A stretch of DNA of 64,000 nucleotides from Octopus vulgaris (lineage: Eukaryota), in assembly GCA_951406725.2 (NCBI GenBank), contig OX597826.1, forward strand, positions 82,398,001 to 82,462,000, written 5' to 3'. Positions 41,008 to 56,123 of the stretch are shown here, piece after piece; the stretch's first letter is position 1; each line of letters begins with the position of its first letter. Below the pieces are notes generated by a model. It was not told the origin of the DNA, made no database searches, and worked only from the letters and a program-made list of their open reading frames with translations. The translations under genes were made by a program, and so were the position numbers.

Positions 41008-42038
41008 TGTATGTATGTATGTATGTATGTATGTATGTATGTATGCTTGTATATAAAGTTATGTTTTCACATGAATATTACCAAATAATTTACGTGTTTG
41101 TCATCGTGAGGTGGGAACTGATTACTTGTATAATATTTGAATGGCGATAAGCAGGAGATGTTGCAGCACATTTGATTTCGTTTTGCGATTTAATTGTTGA
41201 AGGAGAAACATATTAATAAACCCTCATTACAGTCACATTTCATGAAAATATATTAATACTAGAATTATAAAGATTTTCTATACATCCTCGTCTCAAAACG
41301 TGTTCTTTGGCTACAGTTACAGAAAAAAAAAATTCTGAATCTATACATGTCTTCCTCCACCAACAGGTTTTTGTTGATATTATTGTTATTTCCAGAAAGA
41401 AACATCTGTTGTTGCTATTGTTTGTGTTGTTGTTGCAACTGCTTTTTCTTTATATAATCATCATCATTCTTTATTAATGATTTTATCTGGTACATGTAAT
41501 GCCATATGCAGAAATGTATGATATGCAAGAGGAATGCTATATTTTGTAGCAGATTTATGTAACGTTACTTAAATCTTCTGTGTGTTTATATTTGCTTTAA
41601 AGAAATCATTCCATTTAGAATGGCAACGCATCATACGTATAGATTTTCTCCGTATTTTCCTTAATCTTTACTTTAAAATTTTTTTTGTATCTAATGATGT
41701 ATTGATAAAGACAATTTCTTAACAAACTCTATCATTTTATATACAGGTATAGCCTTGGGCAAAGTGACTTACTCGTTATTTGTGACAGCAGAGTTTTGTA
41801 GGCATTTATTTGCATTCACGATTTGTATATTACACATTTTGTTATAGGAAAGCCCGGATCATTCACAGATATAACGCAGGCCATAGGTTTTATACCAGCA
41901 ACACCAAGTTGATATCGGTTTCTTTCAAACCTGAAGCAGATATACATACATGCATGCATACATACATACATACATACATACATACATACATACATACATA
42001 CATACATACATGCATGCATGCATACATACATACATACA

Positions 42039-42074
<36 letters not shown>

Positions 42075-42616
42075 TAAACGTACATATATATATTCTTCAC
42101 CGTATATTGACAATGTGGCTTCTGTTGTTGTATTTATGGATACTGCCTCAATTATTTCCATGCTATTATCTCTTCTGCTTCTGTTTCTGTTTGTGTAACT
42201 TCTCTTCCCTTCGTCTCCTCTAAATTCCAAAACTAATTGTGTTCTTAGCAATAAAAATAGTTTCCAATTTCTATTGTGTTGCAAGATTACTATATAGAAT
42301 ATAGATTTACTTTTTAAGAGGCACCGGCCTAGAATGGTTCTCAGCGTTATTTCTCACTTCCTCATTTTCGGTGTGAAACATACATTGTTTACATCTGCAT
42401 TAACGTGATGTTTTCCAAATGTTTGCCAAAAATTTCCTTGTTTTCGTGTGTAAGTTTCATAGTTCACTTTTGTTCAATTTTATTAAACTGAAAATTTAGC
42501 CAACAATTAGGATGGCAAGTGTGTTGAAGATGTTATTTTGATTTCATTTTTGAATGTTTAGTTCTGTTTCTAATACTAATAAGATTTTAAAATTGTATAT
42601 ATATATATATATATAC

Positions 42617-42665
<49 letters not shown>

Positions 42666-44311
42666 CCAACACATAAGCACATATATACATACTTACCGGC
42701 CTACGTAAATAACTACTTATATAATACATACGTACATGTATATCTATGTATATGTGTGTGCGCGACTGTGTGAGTTTGTGAGTGTGTGTGTATGCGTCTG
42801 TATGTGCGTAAAGTTCTTGCCAATGTCCACCACAGTGACGACACGAACAACATCAACACTAATTATTACACAAAAGAAGAGAAGTAACAGCCAGAAGCAG
42901 GAGAACATTTTCAAACGTTGTGTTTAATGTAGATACAAATTGTTTTTCTCCTGCTGTGTGAGAAGATGGAAGTACAGAAGAAATACATCAATGATTGCAC
43001 TCCTAGAAAAGATTTACGAATAAACAGTGGAATGGTCTGTAAGTTATCGGTGCAAATCCGAGAAAAGTCGGATCGAAACAGAGAAAAGTAAATTTAAAAT
43101 AAAAAGACTCAACAGGAAATCCTAGATAACTTAATTTTCTGATTAATTGGAGTAAAACTTGATACAAAAGACGAAGTACAGGATATAGGATACTGACATC
43201 CACTAAAATGTTTTCTTTACTATTTTTTCAACGAAGCAAAAGTCGCCCACCCACCACGAAAAAAAAACCCAACAAAACCCCGAATAGGTCGAGTTAACAT
43301 TCTTGTCTTCCAAAAGTGGAATTATAGTTATGAAGGATAAAGAGATTTTGTTGGGGAAAGTGTGAATGGATGGACATGCCAACAGTTAGTAATACGGTGC
43401 AGAGTACAGGTGGATGTTTATATTTTGATATGATAAAATATATATTCAAATTTTGCTGTATTCCATCCTACGTGAAATGCTTTTCAGAGGTGTTTGCCGT
43501 TGGCTCTGCGTGGAGTGCTTGTTGCATTCATCTTTATGAGACATAAATTACACAATAGATTGCAAACATTGTAACTTATAAACGTACAACCAAATAATAT
43601 TCAACAATACCAAACAAAAGTCTCTACAGAATATATGAAGAAAATTAGTTTGATCCTACTTTCAACCATGGATGGTAACAAGGCCATGCACCTTTTATCA
43701 GATTGTTAGGATACCATCATATATAAAACTTCTTACAAAGTCAATATAACCAAGAAAACTCCTCATAACCAGTCCACTGAATATGCAAGAAAAGCATGGG
43801 GTGACAATAAATATGACATCCACAGCTGAAGAAGGAGAGGAAAATTGAACTGAAGATAAATGGAATTCCAGGTTTTGGTTGCTCCAAAAGACGTACGTGT
43901 TATCCCAGGAGGGTTTCCGTTTTTCATTTCGGAAACACTCCGTGCATTCAACTTGTCCTGTAGAGTAGAAAATGTCAAAGTTACATTTATCGTTGAGTGA
44001 TGATGAGAGCGAAGGTGTAGTGTCAGTGCAAACTCAAACGGAGAAGTATATGTGACCAGCATCAAATCAACAAGTACAATTACTACATGCTACTACGACA
44101 GCAACAAAGTATTTCTCTGCACTGAGAGAGACTGGCGAGAAACCTCATCACTACCTCTACGGTTATCGCTATCGTCAGCGCCCCCCCCCCCCAAATCTAC
44201 GGGACATAAGGATGAAAAAAGAAAGAAAAAACACGACATAATTCGAACCCTTGTGTATAGAAGTGGTGATGGACGACGCAAAAGATTCTGCATGTAGGAC
44301 GATCTTTAAAA

Positions 44312-44362
<51 letters not shown>

Positions 44363-45626
44363 CGAGAGAGAGAAAGTAAAAAGGGGATACTAGTGATCTT
44401 AACCCCCAAAACTTCAAAATACAGAAGCACCAACCCAGACTGAAAAGTTGCGGATCAATTCTGAAACTAGCCAAAAGGTTATTAATAACGAGAGCATGAA
44501 ACAGTAGCCAGAAGAAGAGTCACAATAAGAATATCGACCACAAGGTATGAAGAATTAAGAAGAACTGAATCAGCAACAACAAGAGTGCCATTAAATAACC
44601 GCAATATAAAGACAAGACGAAAACCCCACCTATCGGGAACAACAACTACAAAATCAGCAAGAGGCAAATCAAATACAAACTACGAGAACCGCTGTTGACT
44701 GTCCCCGAACCACACAGTTTTTTTGAAAGGAGACAGTAAAGTTGATGAGTTGATGGAGCTTACATACTCAGAGAAGAGCAGACATTGTTTAGAAGGGCCT
44801 TGATGCTATCCTGCTTCGCAAAAGAGAGAGCGCAGTAAGAGGCGGTTCTGGCTTTCAGAAAGAATTTCCTACATGAAGTTGATTGTTATTAAAATTTCTG
44901 ATCCAAACGAATAAGGGTGGGACACAGCAAAGCACCCTGAAAACGGGGAATGCTACCATTAACCTATTTTCCCTTTGGGTTCTCGTTAACCGCGCGTCAT
45001 CTCCTCTGTTGAGTTCACCTCATATATAGGGGTCTTATGCAGATGAGGAAAAGTGGGCATCATAATATTATTTTCATTGTTTCTAACAAAATTCTTTTTG
45101 TAGTTTGAGAATTTGATTAATTTTTCGAATGCATTGTATAAGTAAATTTGTCTATTTCAATTTTAGATAATCGTAGAATAACTCTTCGGATATTTTCTAG
45201 ATTGCTTGATACGAACATTTTCTTGCATGTTTGATCATTTTCCTCTGTAGCTCAAGTGCCTCTGTCAAAATGCTTCTGTGATTTAGACTCAATATATTTG
45301 TGTAATCATCAAAGAATGGTCGATCTTTGTCCAGCATTTTCTTTTATGTTTCATTTTTCCGCTGGACGTCGTTGGCACCAAGAGAGGAGCTGGTCTGTTT
45401 TATGTTAACTTTTAGTAGAGGCGACTGAGCTTTTATAATCATGTATTTAGACTTTTCCCTAACGTGATGCTTTCGGATTACAGACATAAACTTAAATTGA
45501 CTACCCACTCACTCACTCACACACCCACACGTACACACACACATACACGCACACATACTTGCACATACACACACATATTTTTACACGTATTATATATATA
45601 TATATATATATACATATATATGTATG

Positions 45627-45664
<38 letters not shown>

Positions 45665-45732
45665 TATATGTATATATATACATATATATATTTATATATT
45701 TATATATATATACATATATATATTTATATATG

Positions 45733-45763
<31 letters not shown>

Positions 45764-45772
45764 GTATATACA

Positions 45773-45803
<31 letters not shown>

Positions 45804-46351
45804 GTAGCTCCAGTTGCAACTGGTTGGTTTCGCTCTCTTTTACAGGATAATGAAAATAGCGTTTTAAGAAATATATCCAGAATATTTATTCTGCTTTATC
45901 TCATGTTCAAAACGACCCTTGCTTTTCTTTCGCATTTTTTTTTTGTATCATATTTTATGTGCGTATTTTATGAACGATATCTACGCATTTCAATAAACAA
46001 TAAATTGTATACTTTCGTTTACAACCATTCAACTGCGTACATGATTGTATAAACATTCAAGTATAGGCATACGGTATTAATTTTCGTACTCACACTTTGC
46101 CATTTGTATTCGTCGGTCTCTTCCTAGTCGCTTGTGTTGATTTCAGTTGATAGACATGTCGCATTGAAATATCGTATCACGGCCAAACTGTGTCTCAAAG
46201 TAAGAATAATGTGCGTTTATTTTAAAAAGTCCGTTTTCTTAAGTTTCCCTGCGGAGTGTCGGATTTCCTTGTGGGCGATGTTTGTGGATATATTCCGTAT
46301 ATCGGTAGGGAGCTGGTTGATAATCGTCAATGTTGTTATTTAACCTGCAGC

Positions 46352-46456
<105 letters not shown>

Positions 46457-47254
46457 CACTACATTTCTGTGGGGTGTCAGCAACACTTCGCTTTGAGCCG
46501 CCGGTCAGTGTTTCCGTTTATTCATAAACGTAAGTGACGTTAACAGCTTCAATTTTGTTGCATAGAATGTGTTAAGCCATACAACAGCACTTTAGGGCAA
46601 GTTGATATATTTGTTTCTCACTTCTTCGGGCCTCGAATGTGTAAAGGGAGTGTTCAAATTATGCTTTGAAAAGCATATTGTATGCAAACATGGTGTCGGC
46701 TTCCACATCCAGTGAACTGAATGGAGAGGTGGGCAGCGCCGGTGCGTCGCAAAGACAAGTGCACCACTTCAGATAGTTAAATTGCCGTCGTTCTGCACAT
46801 AGAAGGGGAAGCATAAAGCACTCACCGCTGCAACATTAACAATCGACAGTAACAATAACAAGAGCAACAAACAGCAGCAGCAGTGTGAAGAGGAGCAAAG
46901 ACGGTGTTCTGGCTCGTGAGGGAGGAGGAGGGGGAAGAGGTTTCATCGTTGAAAGTTCCAAGTTCAAAACATTTCATCAAGGTTTCAACGGAAAACATTA
47001 AAAAAAAGGTACCATTAAACAACAATAGCAACAACAATATGAGCAGAAATTACAGCAAAGACAACAGAGGCAAATATATCGATAGAAAGAGCCGCAGAAA
47101 TAGTGGCAAGAGTAGCAGAGATGACAGCAAGAGCAGAATGAATTGCAAGAACGACAACATTGACGGAGAACAGCGGGAGAATAAAAAAAACACCAATAAT
47201 ACCAGAAAAAGCCAAATCCCCAGCATAGCATCTCCTTCGCTGCAGATGTCGCCA

Positions 47255-47900
47255 CTAGGGAACTTTACAGTGTCAACTATCAATACTTGGTATCTGTCAT
47301 TCTCTTTGAAGGTTCGATCGCTGCTATATACAACAACTGCTCAGTTATCAGAGTAAATTACTATCTGTCGCTACCATGCGTTTGGTTGATGGATAGTGTA
47401 ACCACACGACACCTCTGTCATTCGAGCAACTACTTAAGAAGGTTCAGATTTCGAGGGACGTCCAATATAAAGTAGGATGTGGGAAAGTTGTGCCAGCATA
47501 TGTCAACGACTTCACCGTAATACAAACGGACACAAAACACGCTGAAGTTCTGAGGAATTACAATCTGCCGATAGCAATGCCCGAGATTCGAACGGAGTAA
47601 CGAAAGACAACTTTACGTGCTTCAACAACGCTCGAAGATTGCAAACTTGTCGAGTTGCATCAAGCAGCTGGTATTTCTTAATAGACGGGACGGGTCCTGT
47701 TATAAACCGACAATATCTCGAAGATAACACTCCTGCTTTCCTTTGGCTGAGAAGGGCAAGAAGTTTCCCTCAGGCTGCTATAGCGGAAGAGATTTTGTGG
47801 CGGACACCAACTAACGAACTGAACATAGACATTTTCCATTCCAGTCAAGTCCTCATGACCTTTTACAAAACCACTGGCTTCATGAGTACTATCTTCAGGC
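47255..47900 (+). pseudogene. Highly decayed L1/Tx1-like ORF2 fragments
   Basis: LGNFTVSTINT resembles an APE endonuclease start, and VVPAYVNDFTVI (~47485-47520) resembles AYADDxTV. The upstream A-rich region 46620-47250 may be ORF1. Confidence 0.4.
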
Positions 47901-48339
47901 AGAAAATTTAGCGCGTTGGAAAAAATGCTAGAGGTATTTCTCCCGGGTCTTTAAGTTCTGAGCTCAAATCCCACCGAGATGATATTTGACTCCCACCTTT
48001 TCAGGAGTCGATAAAGTAAAGTACCAGTCAGCTACTGTCAATATAGTCGACTGTCCTCTTCCCCTAAAATTCGTGGTTTAATGCCAAAATTTGAAATCGC
48101 TATATTATTACAATTGTCATTTCTCGGAGATATTGATTTCACTTGCTCCGGCTAATTCTATAAGATCAGACGACAACCTGTTTTCTAGGGTCTCACATGG
48201 TATTATTATGATTATTGTTGTTGTTGTTGTTTTACTTCTCAGAACGTTCGGTCTTCTTTGCTCTGGTGGTTCTGTGAGAGCGGACAGCAGCCTGCAGTCA
48301 GAGGTCACACAGGGCCTCTTTCCACACATTATAAGCTTT

Positions 48340-48550
48340 GAGCTGGCAGAATAGTTAGCGTGCTGGACGAAGTGCTTAGCGGTATTTCGTCTGCCGTTAC
48401 GTTCTGATTTCAAATTCCGCCGAGGTTGACTTTGCCTTTCATTCTTTCGGGGTCGATTAAATAAGTACCAGTTACGCACTGGGATCGATGTAATCGACTT
48501 TGTCTGTGCTTGTTTGTCCCCTCTATGTTTAGCCCCCTGTGGGCAATAAA
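48340..48550 (+). mobile_element. SINE family C, full length
   Basis: GAGCTGGCAGAATAGTTAGC...TTCAAATTCCGCCGAGGTTGACTTTGCCTTTCATTCTTTCGGGGTCGATTAAATAAGTACCAG...GCCCCCTGTGGGCAATAAA. Diverged neighbours lie at ~47900-48090 and ~48650-48800. Confidence 0.88.
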
Positions 48551-48839
48551 TTATATGCTTTGATACCTGGTTGTTAATTATCATGGGAAATATTCAACAT
48601 CCAAGTACCCATCTCAAAATCTTAGCTGTCCCCAGGAGAGCAGTTTGATTTTACGCTCTGGGTTCAGATTCCGGCCGTGCTCGACTTTGCCTTTCATCAT
48701 TTCAGAGTCGATAAATTAAGTACCAGTGAAACACCGGGGTCGATGTAATTGACTGGTCCCCTCATCACCGCCCAAATTGTAGGTCTTGTGCCTTTAGTAG
48801 AACAGATTATTACAATTGTTGTTGTTGCTGTTGTTATTC

Positions 48840-49157
48840 TTAAAGAATCCCGCATGGTTCTTAATTTCCGGTTATACTTTACTTGAAAGCAGGCAATAAC
48901 AAATCACCAAAGCTTTCAAGTAGTGCCTTCTCCTGTGACTCAAAGAGACAATGCTCTCTTTAGAATGCGAGCCTTACGCAACAACGCTATCTTCTGGATC
49001 ATCTCGAGCCTCATAGCAGCTCCAATATTCTGAATATGTTTTTCAAAGCCCTTGGAAACTGCTCCTAATGCTCCGATTACCACCAGTATCACCATTACTT
49101 TCCTCATGCCCCATAACTTTCCTATCTCGTCCCGGAGTGGCTGGTATTTTTCAATCC
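48840..49157 (-). mobile_element. 3' end of an R4/Dong-type (restriction-like endonuclease) non-LTR retrotransposon
   Basis: Minus strand reads IEKYQPLRDEIGKLWGMRKVMVILVVIGALGAVSKGFEKHIQNIG...IQKIALLRKARILKRA. Confidence 0.85.
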
Positions 49158-49183
49158 ATCATCATTATTATTATTATTATTAT

Positions 49184-49589
49184 ATGTTTGACTTTTGCTT
49201 TTCATTTTCACAAGCTGGCTCCAAGTCTCACCCAGAGACCTCAAGAGACAACAAGTTGGAAGTTCGTGTTGGTGTTATGCCTAGGGTGCCATATATTTGG
49301 TTTTGTACTTAGCATTGTACTAGTGAATGCCTAAAAAACCATACGAAAATTATGTTTGTTTTAAAACTTGAGATTACAAAGAAAGTATTTTGCGTAGGAT
49401 ATGAGCAGTTCCCATGAGCGCTATCTTTTGAATGTCTGCCATTTTGGGGTTTCCTGGTATCTGAGTTAGGTAGCAATCAGTCCCTTTTGCTATCATTCCC
49501 AGGGACCTATGACAACAGGTATTGTTTTAGCCTTCAGGGTCCACATTTTGCTGATTTCTATTTCCAGATCTTTATAATTGCTCAGTTTA

Positions 49590-49591
<2 letters not shown>
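49184..49591 (-). mobile_element. 3' end of a second R4/Dong-type element, flanked by (TAA)n
   Basis: Minus strand reads DKLSNYKDLEIEISKMWTLKAKTIPVVIG..LGMIAKG...IPGNPKMADIQKIALMGTAHILRKIL, with (ATT)n on both sides. Confidence 0.88.
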
Positions 49592-49660
<69 letters not shown>

Positions 49661-50071
49661 TATATTACTATTTAGTATTTCTTGTAATCAGCGGAAAGTT
49701 ACAAAATTGATTCGTGTTGAGAGTTTCACGCAACTAATCGTCCCTTTGAAATAATACACACACACACACACAAACACACGCACACACACACACACAAACA
49801 TTTATATAACCAAAATAAGAGGACAAGGAAAGATTTTAGCAGATCTTTAATAACAAGTTACAATTGCTTCGGTCCCATTGCGTTTTAAGACCGATGCACG
49901 CAAACGTTCCATTTGAAAATTTAAGCAATATTTACAGTCTTAAACGTTCGAGTGACACTTCGTCAGACTTGCGTGAAATGTGCGTTCTAACTTTGTGCAT
50001 CTGTCAAGCGGGAGGAAGGTGGAGACGATAAGTATAAGACAAGTATTGAGATGGGGAAATAGCGGACAAAA

Positions 50072-50111
<40 letters not shown>

Positions 50112-50879
50112 AAAGCAAATAGGAACAAACGGAAGAAGAGGAAGGAGAATATATGAAGGGTGTGATAGGCAAACAGTAAAACTACTCCGGCAACAAAACA
50201 ATGAGGAACCATATGTCTTGGCATGGTTTCCTTCATCTAACAATGCAGAACGGGCTGCTATTGTTCAAGGAGGGTCACATGGTGTTATACTGAATAATTT
50301 CGGTTCGTTAGCGACACCTGTTCCATGAGAAAAAAAGGGACGACCTTTGACTGGGTAGTTTTACCGGGAACTGTCGAAGTCCGTGTGCCTGGATATGGCT
50401 TACGTGAGTGTATGCGTATGTGTGTGTGTGCACGTATGTTTGCATGTGTGAGTATGTAGATATGTGCGTATGTGTGTGTGTGTGTGTATGTGTGTGTGTG
50501 TGTTTGTATACTAGCGGACATATTCATATACATGGATGTAGGTATGTTTACTGGTTGTACGTGTCTATTCCTTCACCAAAGGCCATGGAAGTGGCCGTTG
50601 AAAAGGTGATTACATCGGCGGTGTTGAAGCATGGCCGTAGCCTCTGGGCTGAAACGTACAAAAGAATAAATAATAAAAATAACAGGAAACAAACAACTGC
50701 ACACACGCATGAACATATATATATATACACACACATGTGTGTATGTGTGTACATAAATGTTTTGTGTGTGTATATATATATACATATATGCGTATGAATG
50801 TGCTTGTCTCTGCGTGTGCACGTGTATATGTATGTGCATATGCATATATATATATGCATAGATCGCTATCCACTACACA

Positions 50880-51030
50880 TTGTTTATTTTCTCTGTTTGT
50901 TTCTTTCTGTGGAAGGGCGTAGGTTTGAAACGTTAAAGACTTTTTCACTTCCTAAACGTTAAACCAATATATCTATTTGTTATCTACATCACCTGTCTCC
51001 GACTCTGTTTTTTTTTTGTGAATTCTCCCC
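50880..51030 (+). mobile_element. Short PLE-type terminal repeat with decayed hammerhead-like motif at 50902-50939
   Basis: TCTTT-CTGTGGA-A-GGGC-GTAG-GTTT-GAAAC-GT-T-AAAGA; same family as 920-1090. Confidence 0.55.
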
Positions 51031-51682
51031 ATATATACATAAAATGTGTGTGTGTGTGTGTGTCTGTTGTCGGTGTGTATAAATTATTTTTACCTTACTT
51101 ACTTTCATTTTATACTTTTCCTTTTCTTCGGTATATTTACAGTGTATAAGATAATTTATGTTAATTTTTAATTTTTAACTTCAGTATTCGTTTACAAATT
51201 CAGTATCGATATCGTAATACAACATCTCAACGGTAGTCTTTTATTTTACTCAATTTCACTTTATTTAACTAATTTTTGGAGGTGGTTCACAGGATGCGTA
51301 TGGAGCTGTGGGTCTTGAGTTGGGGGAGGTCTTTTGGGTGGGAAAGCTTTGAGGACTACCATATCATACACGGGCAACTTTCAAGGGTTTTTTACCCCAG
51401 CTATGATGCTTCGGGAGCCAATAGCGAAGAATTTCGATCTTCCTTGAGTCTCCATTTCAAGGGCGTATGTGCTGAATGCTGCAATGGAAATATTCAAATG
51501 TTCTACCTTGTAAGGTCTATAACATATATATACACACACGCACACGCACGTGTGTGTGTGTGTGTGTGTGAGTGTATGTGTATATATATATATATACATA
51601 CATACACATACATATATATATATACATATATATATATATACACATACATACACTCACACATACATATATATATATATATATA

Positions 51683-52771
51683 CTAGCAAACGCGACCGTC
51701 CCTTGGACGGTTTAAGTTGCTTTGGTGGTTTTCTTTCACCAAATATTTGAACTACCGAGAAGGTTTATGAATAGCATGGCAATCTATGTTTGCGATTAAC
51801 CTAGGGACGGAAAATGAAATTGAAGCCTGGTTATTGCGGAGGTCGCTGCACTTTAATGATCACAGAACATATAAGTTTGCAGGCGATGCAAAGTAGAGCT
51901 AATGAAGTGTTTTGGCAGTAGATTACAGATAATGACTACAAAATATAGTTGTTTTACATGAAAGCGAAATTCCTTGTGTGAAACAACCACATAAATGGTG
52001 TAAGGAAACTGAAGGAAGACGCTGAAACTTCTCCAACAGCAAAGGGAGCTATTTTTTTCGGAGAGATAAGCTAACAAAAGCCCATTTATTGTCTTCCCAC
52101 ATCCTGCGCATAAACTAACAGCAAACGCCGCATAAAGTCAAATTGGTATGGAGCTTTCTAAAAGATACGTACAATTTTCGTTAGTGGAAGTAAACTCTTA
52201 TTTAAATTTGATACTTTGTGACGAATTATATGTGATTGTTTAAAAAGGGCTAGAACGACAATGCTAAAACGTATTTGAAACAATTGACAACAGTCGAAAT
52301 ATCATAATGGGTGAGTAACTTAGCATCCTTAAAGGGAAACAACGGTATCAAAGGTAAACAAAGGTATCAACAAATATAAGAGAGGGAAGGGAACACCCCC
52401 TTTCAAGTAACTCAGAATAGGTAAGCTTGCCAAAGTTTAATGCAGCTGAAATATGTAGATTAATATAGTTTGGTATTGGGTCTTGTACAGTTTTCCTAGT
52501 CAACTGAATCACCGTTGTAGGTGGACAGCAGAAATAAATAGACAAAATCCTTTCTCTTTTATAAAAAGATTAAAAAATTATGGAAAACCCTACATACACA
52601 AAAAACGATATCGATTTACGTCCATTTGTGCGGGAGCTGTGGGCACAATGTCATGGTGTATGACCATCCTTGAGACATAAGAAATGTGGGCTGAAAGCTT
52701 GGTGAAAATCGGTTGAGAATTGTGGGAATGTATGCGTTAATCATTATACACACAGCGATTTATATATACGA
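51683..52771 (-). mobile_element. Non-autonomous Helitron (~1.09 kb)
   Basis: On the minus strand it starts TC(GTATATATAAATCGC) and ends with a subterminal hairpin (ACCGTCC/GGACGGT) and CTAG. It is inserted between A and T within (TA)n. Confidence 0.8.
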
Positions 52772-53025
52772 TATATATATATATATATATATTGTGTACC
52801 GTGTGTTTCCAGTAACTCTGATGGTTTTAAGATAGGTGAAAAATTAAAGTCATATCATGCCATCGCATATTTTTCGACTGTCGCTAAAAATTAACGCTGC
52901 CAGCAACGTTGTTATGCTGAAGACAGAAATAAGTAAAAATCATTGAGTGCAAACATCTCGACAATTCCATTCTCGCATTGAAGGACTCAACCAAGATGGA
53001 AGCAGATGCATGTGTGTATGTATAC

Positions 53026-53056
<31 letters not shown>

Positions 53057-54921
53057 TGTATGTATGTATGTATGAGAATTCCGTACTCAAACATCAAGGA
53101 GATCAGAAATCTAATGACAGTTCTATTCGATTTAAATGTAACTGTAAAGGGGATAATTTTATTTTACAGATTCCTTTCGTTTACAAATACATTATCCGTC
53201 CTACGAATTTGCTCGCTATTTTTAGACACTTCACTTGCATCTTCTTTATTCTGGGTATGAACTCTCGCAACTTTCTATGTATCTCTTACACATACACACA
53301 CACAAGCTCAATAATTTTCATGTATAATAGCTTTACCGTTCATTGACAAAAAACAATCCTCAGATGGCATTAAGGACAACTTTGTTAATCTAATATATAC
53401 GAATTTTCCCTTTTTTCCGGAATACGTTAAATGTGCCATATGTTTTCCATGGAACGTGACTCGTTAACTATTCAAAGATTCTTATTGGATGTATAACATT
53501 GGCTGCGAAAAAGAAAGAGGGAGAGAAACAAAAGATGCTAGACTGACAAGAAATTTGGAGAGAACAATAAATGCTTCTCGTTTTTCAGGTTCATTTTAAA
53601 TTCTATTTTATTGAAAAGGAAACGAGGACTTCGCTCCTTCCGTCTGAGCTTTTTGAATTGTAATATATCCGCATCACTAAGTGTTTCATTCATTTCGATG
53701 TTCGGAATTATGATTTGCTGTAAAAACCGAGAAAAATTTCCTTAACGTTATTGAGTAAAATAATTTGATTTGTATTTGGGCAATAAATTGAAAATAGACA
53801 AAATCCTATTCTACACAGCGATTTGATGAAGACTTTTGTAAATGAATGTACTTAGTTGATGGTCATGGCAGCTTAAGTATTCTTTTATTACAATTAATTA
53901 TATAGAACTCGATGTGAGTTTATACCTTAAGTACGTTGAATGGAATTTTCCCTCACTTTCCAAATTAAAATAATATTTTCAGAATCTGATTTTTGTAAGC
54001 AACATAGATAATTAAAAGTGGATTGTTAGAGAATGCAGAGTTTTGGTGTGATGTGGGATATAAGCGTTCTCATAAGCATGCACGCATTTAAGCATATTCA
54101 CTTTGAGACGCATATGCATTTGTACATACAAGAATATAAGAATAAATATATGCAAAGATTTAACGCTACAGATATATACTTCGAGAGAATTTAAAATTGT
54201 AATATATAAAAATAAAGCACAACAATACTATGTAAGCATAACCGATAACGGTGGGATATAGTGGTTTGCATGAGCCATTAATATACGGAGAAATTTTAAT
54301 GTTTCTTTAAAAGCGATACTTAAACTTAATAAAACTTCTTAGATTTATTACTGCATATATTTTATACAGTTTTCAAGAAACTTGACAGGTTGGCAAAAAT
54401 TTAAAGAATTCTAAATCCCTCAAAAAATTCAAGTAATATAAATTTGTACAAAACACTAAATTCATATACATTCTCAAATTTATCGCTCAAGAAGTGACAG
54501 AATTCTTGGAATATAAATTTCATCCTTCACAAGATTTAACACTGCTATCTTTAGCTAAATGTACTCAGTTGTCTGAATTTGACTGAGGCGTATTGTCTGG
54601 AAGGCACTTCTTCCCTTACTTCTATCAGTCTCAGACTCCCTAGAAATATTCAATATAGTGGAAGAATGAAATAAGAGCCCCGACATAATTTTTCCGGATA
54701 TTAGAAATAGCAACTTAATTCGTTCAAAGAATAATCTATCGCTTTTCATCATCCATCTGTGTAATCAGGGATGTCCTCGTGTCAAATGGCAAAAGGAAAT
54801 TGTATCTTTAAGTTATTCTAAATACGGCGTAATATCTAATCTCACCAAATGCATTCGATTCGGTATCTAAGCTGTTTTATGGAAACTCTTAAGCAAATTT
54901 ATTTGTTTCAAATTTTATCAT

Positions 54922-54967
<46 letters not shown>

Positions 54968-55289
54968 AAACATACACTCGCACACACACACAGATGTACA
55001 CGCGCGCGCATAAACATGCACATACATATAGGTAACCAGATAAAGCTCGAAGTTCGATTAAGGCTGTTCGTCACTTTTCCAATCTACAGACAAATAAGTA
55101 AATATGCCCTGACTATATCTACTGCATAGATTGCATACACCAACACACACACACACACATGCGTATATGTATACATGTTTACATAAATATATACATCAAT
55201 ACATATATACATACACACGTATGTATGTATGCACATATTTATCACTAAATCCATCCATCCGTCAACTCATCCATTCATTCATCTCTCTC

Positions 55290-56123
<834 letters not shown>

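Noticed and set aside
45464-46052. Numerous YI/HT/CV/LSIY-rich ORFs here and throughout the window
   Set aside because: They are translations of (TA)n, (CA)n, (TG)n and (TCTA)n microsatellites.
50190-50245. Hammerhead candidate on the minus strand (TAGATGA plus a long stem)
   Set aside because: The stem is not followed by GAAA, so the core is incomplete.
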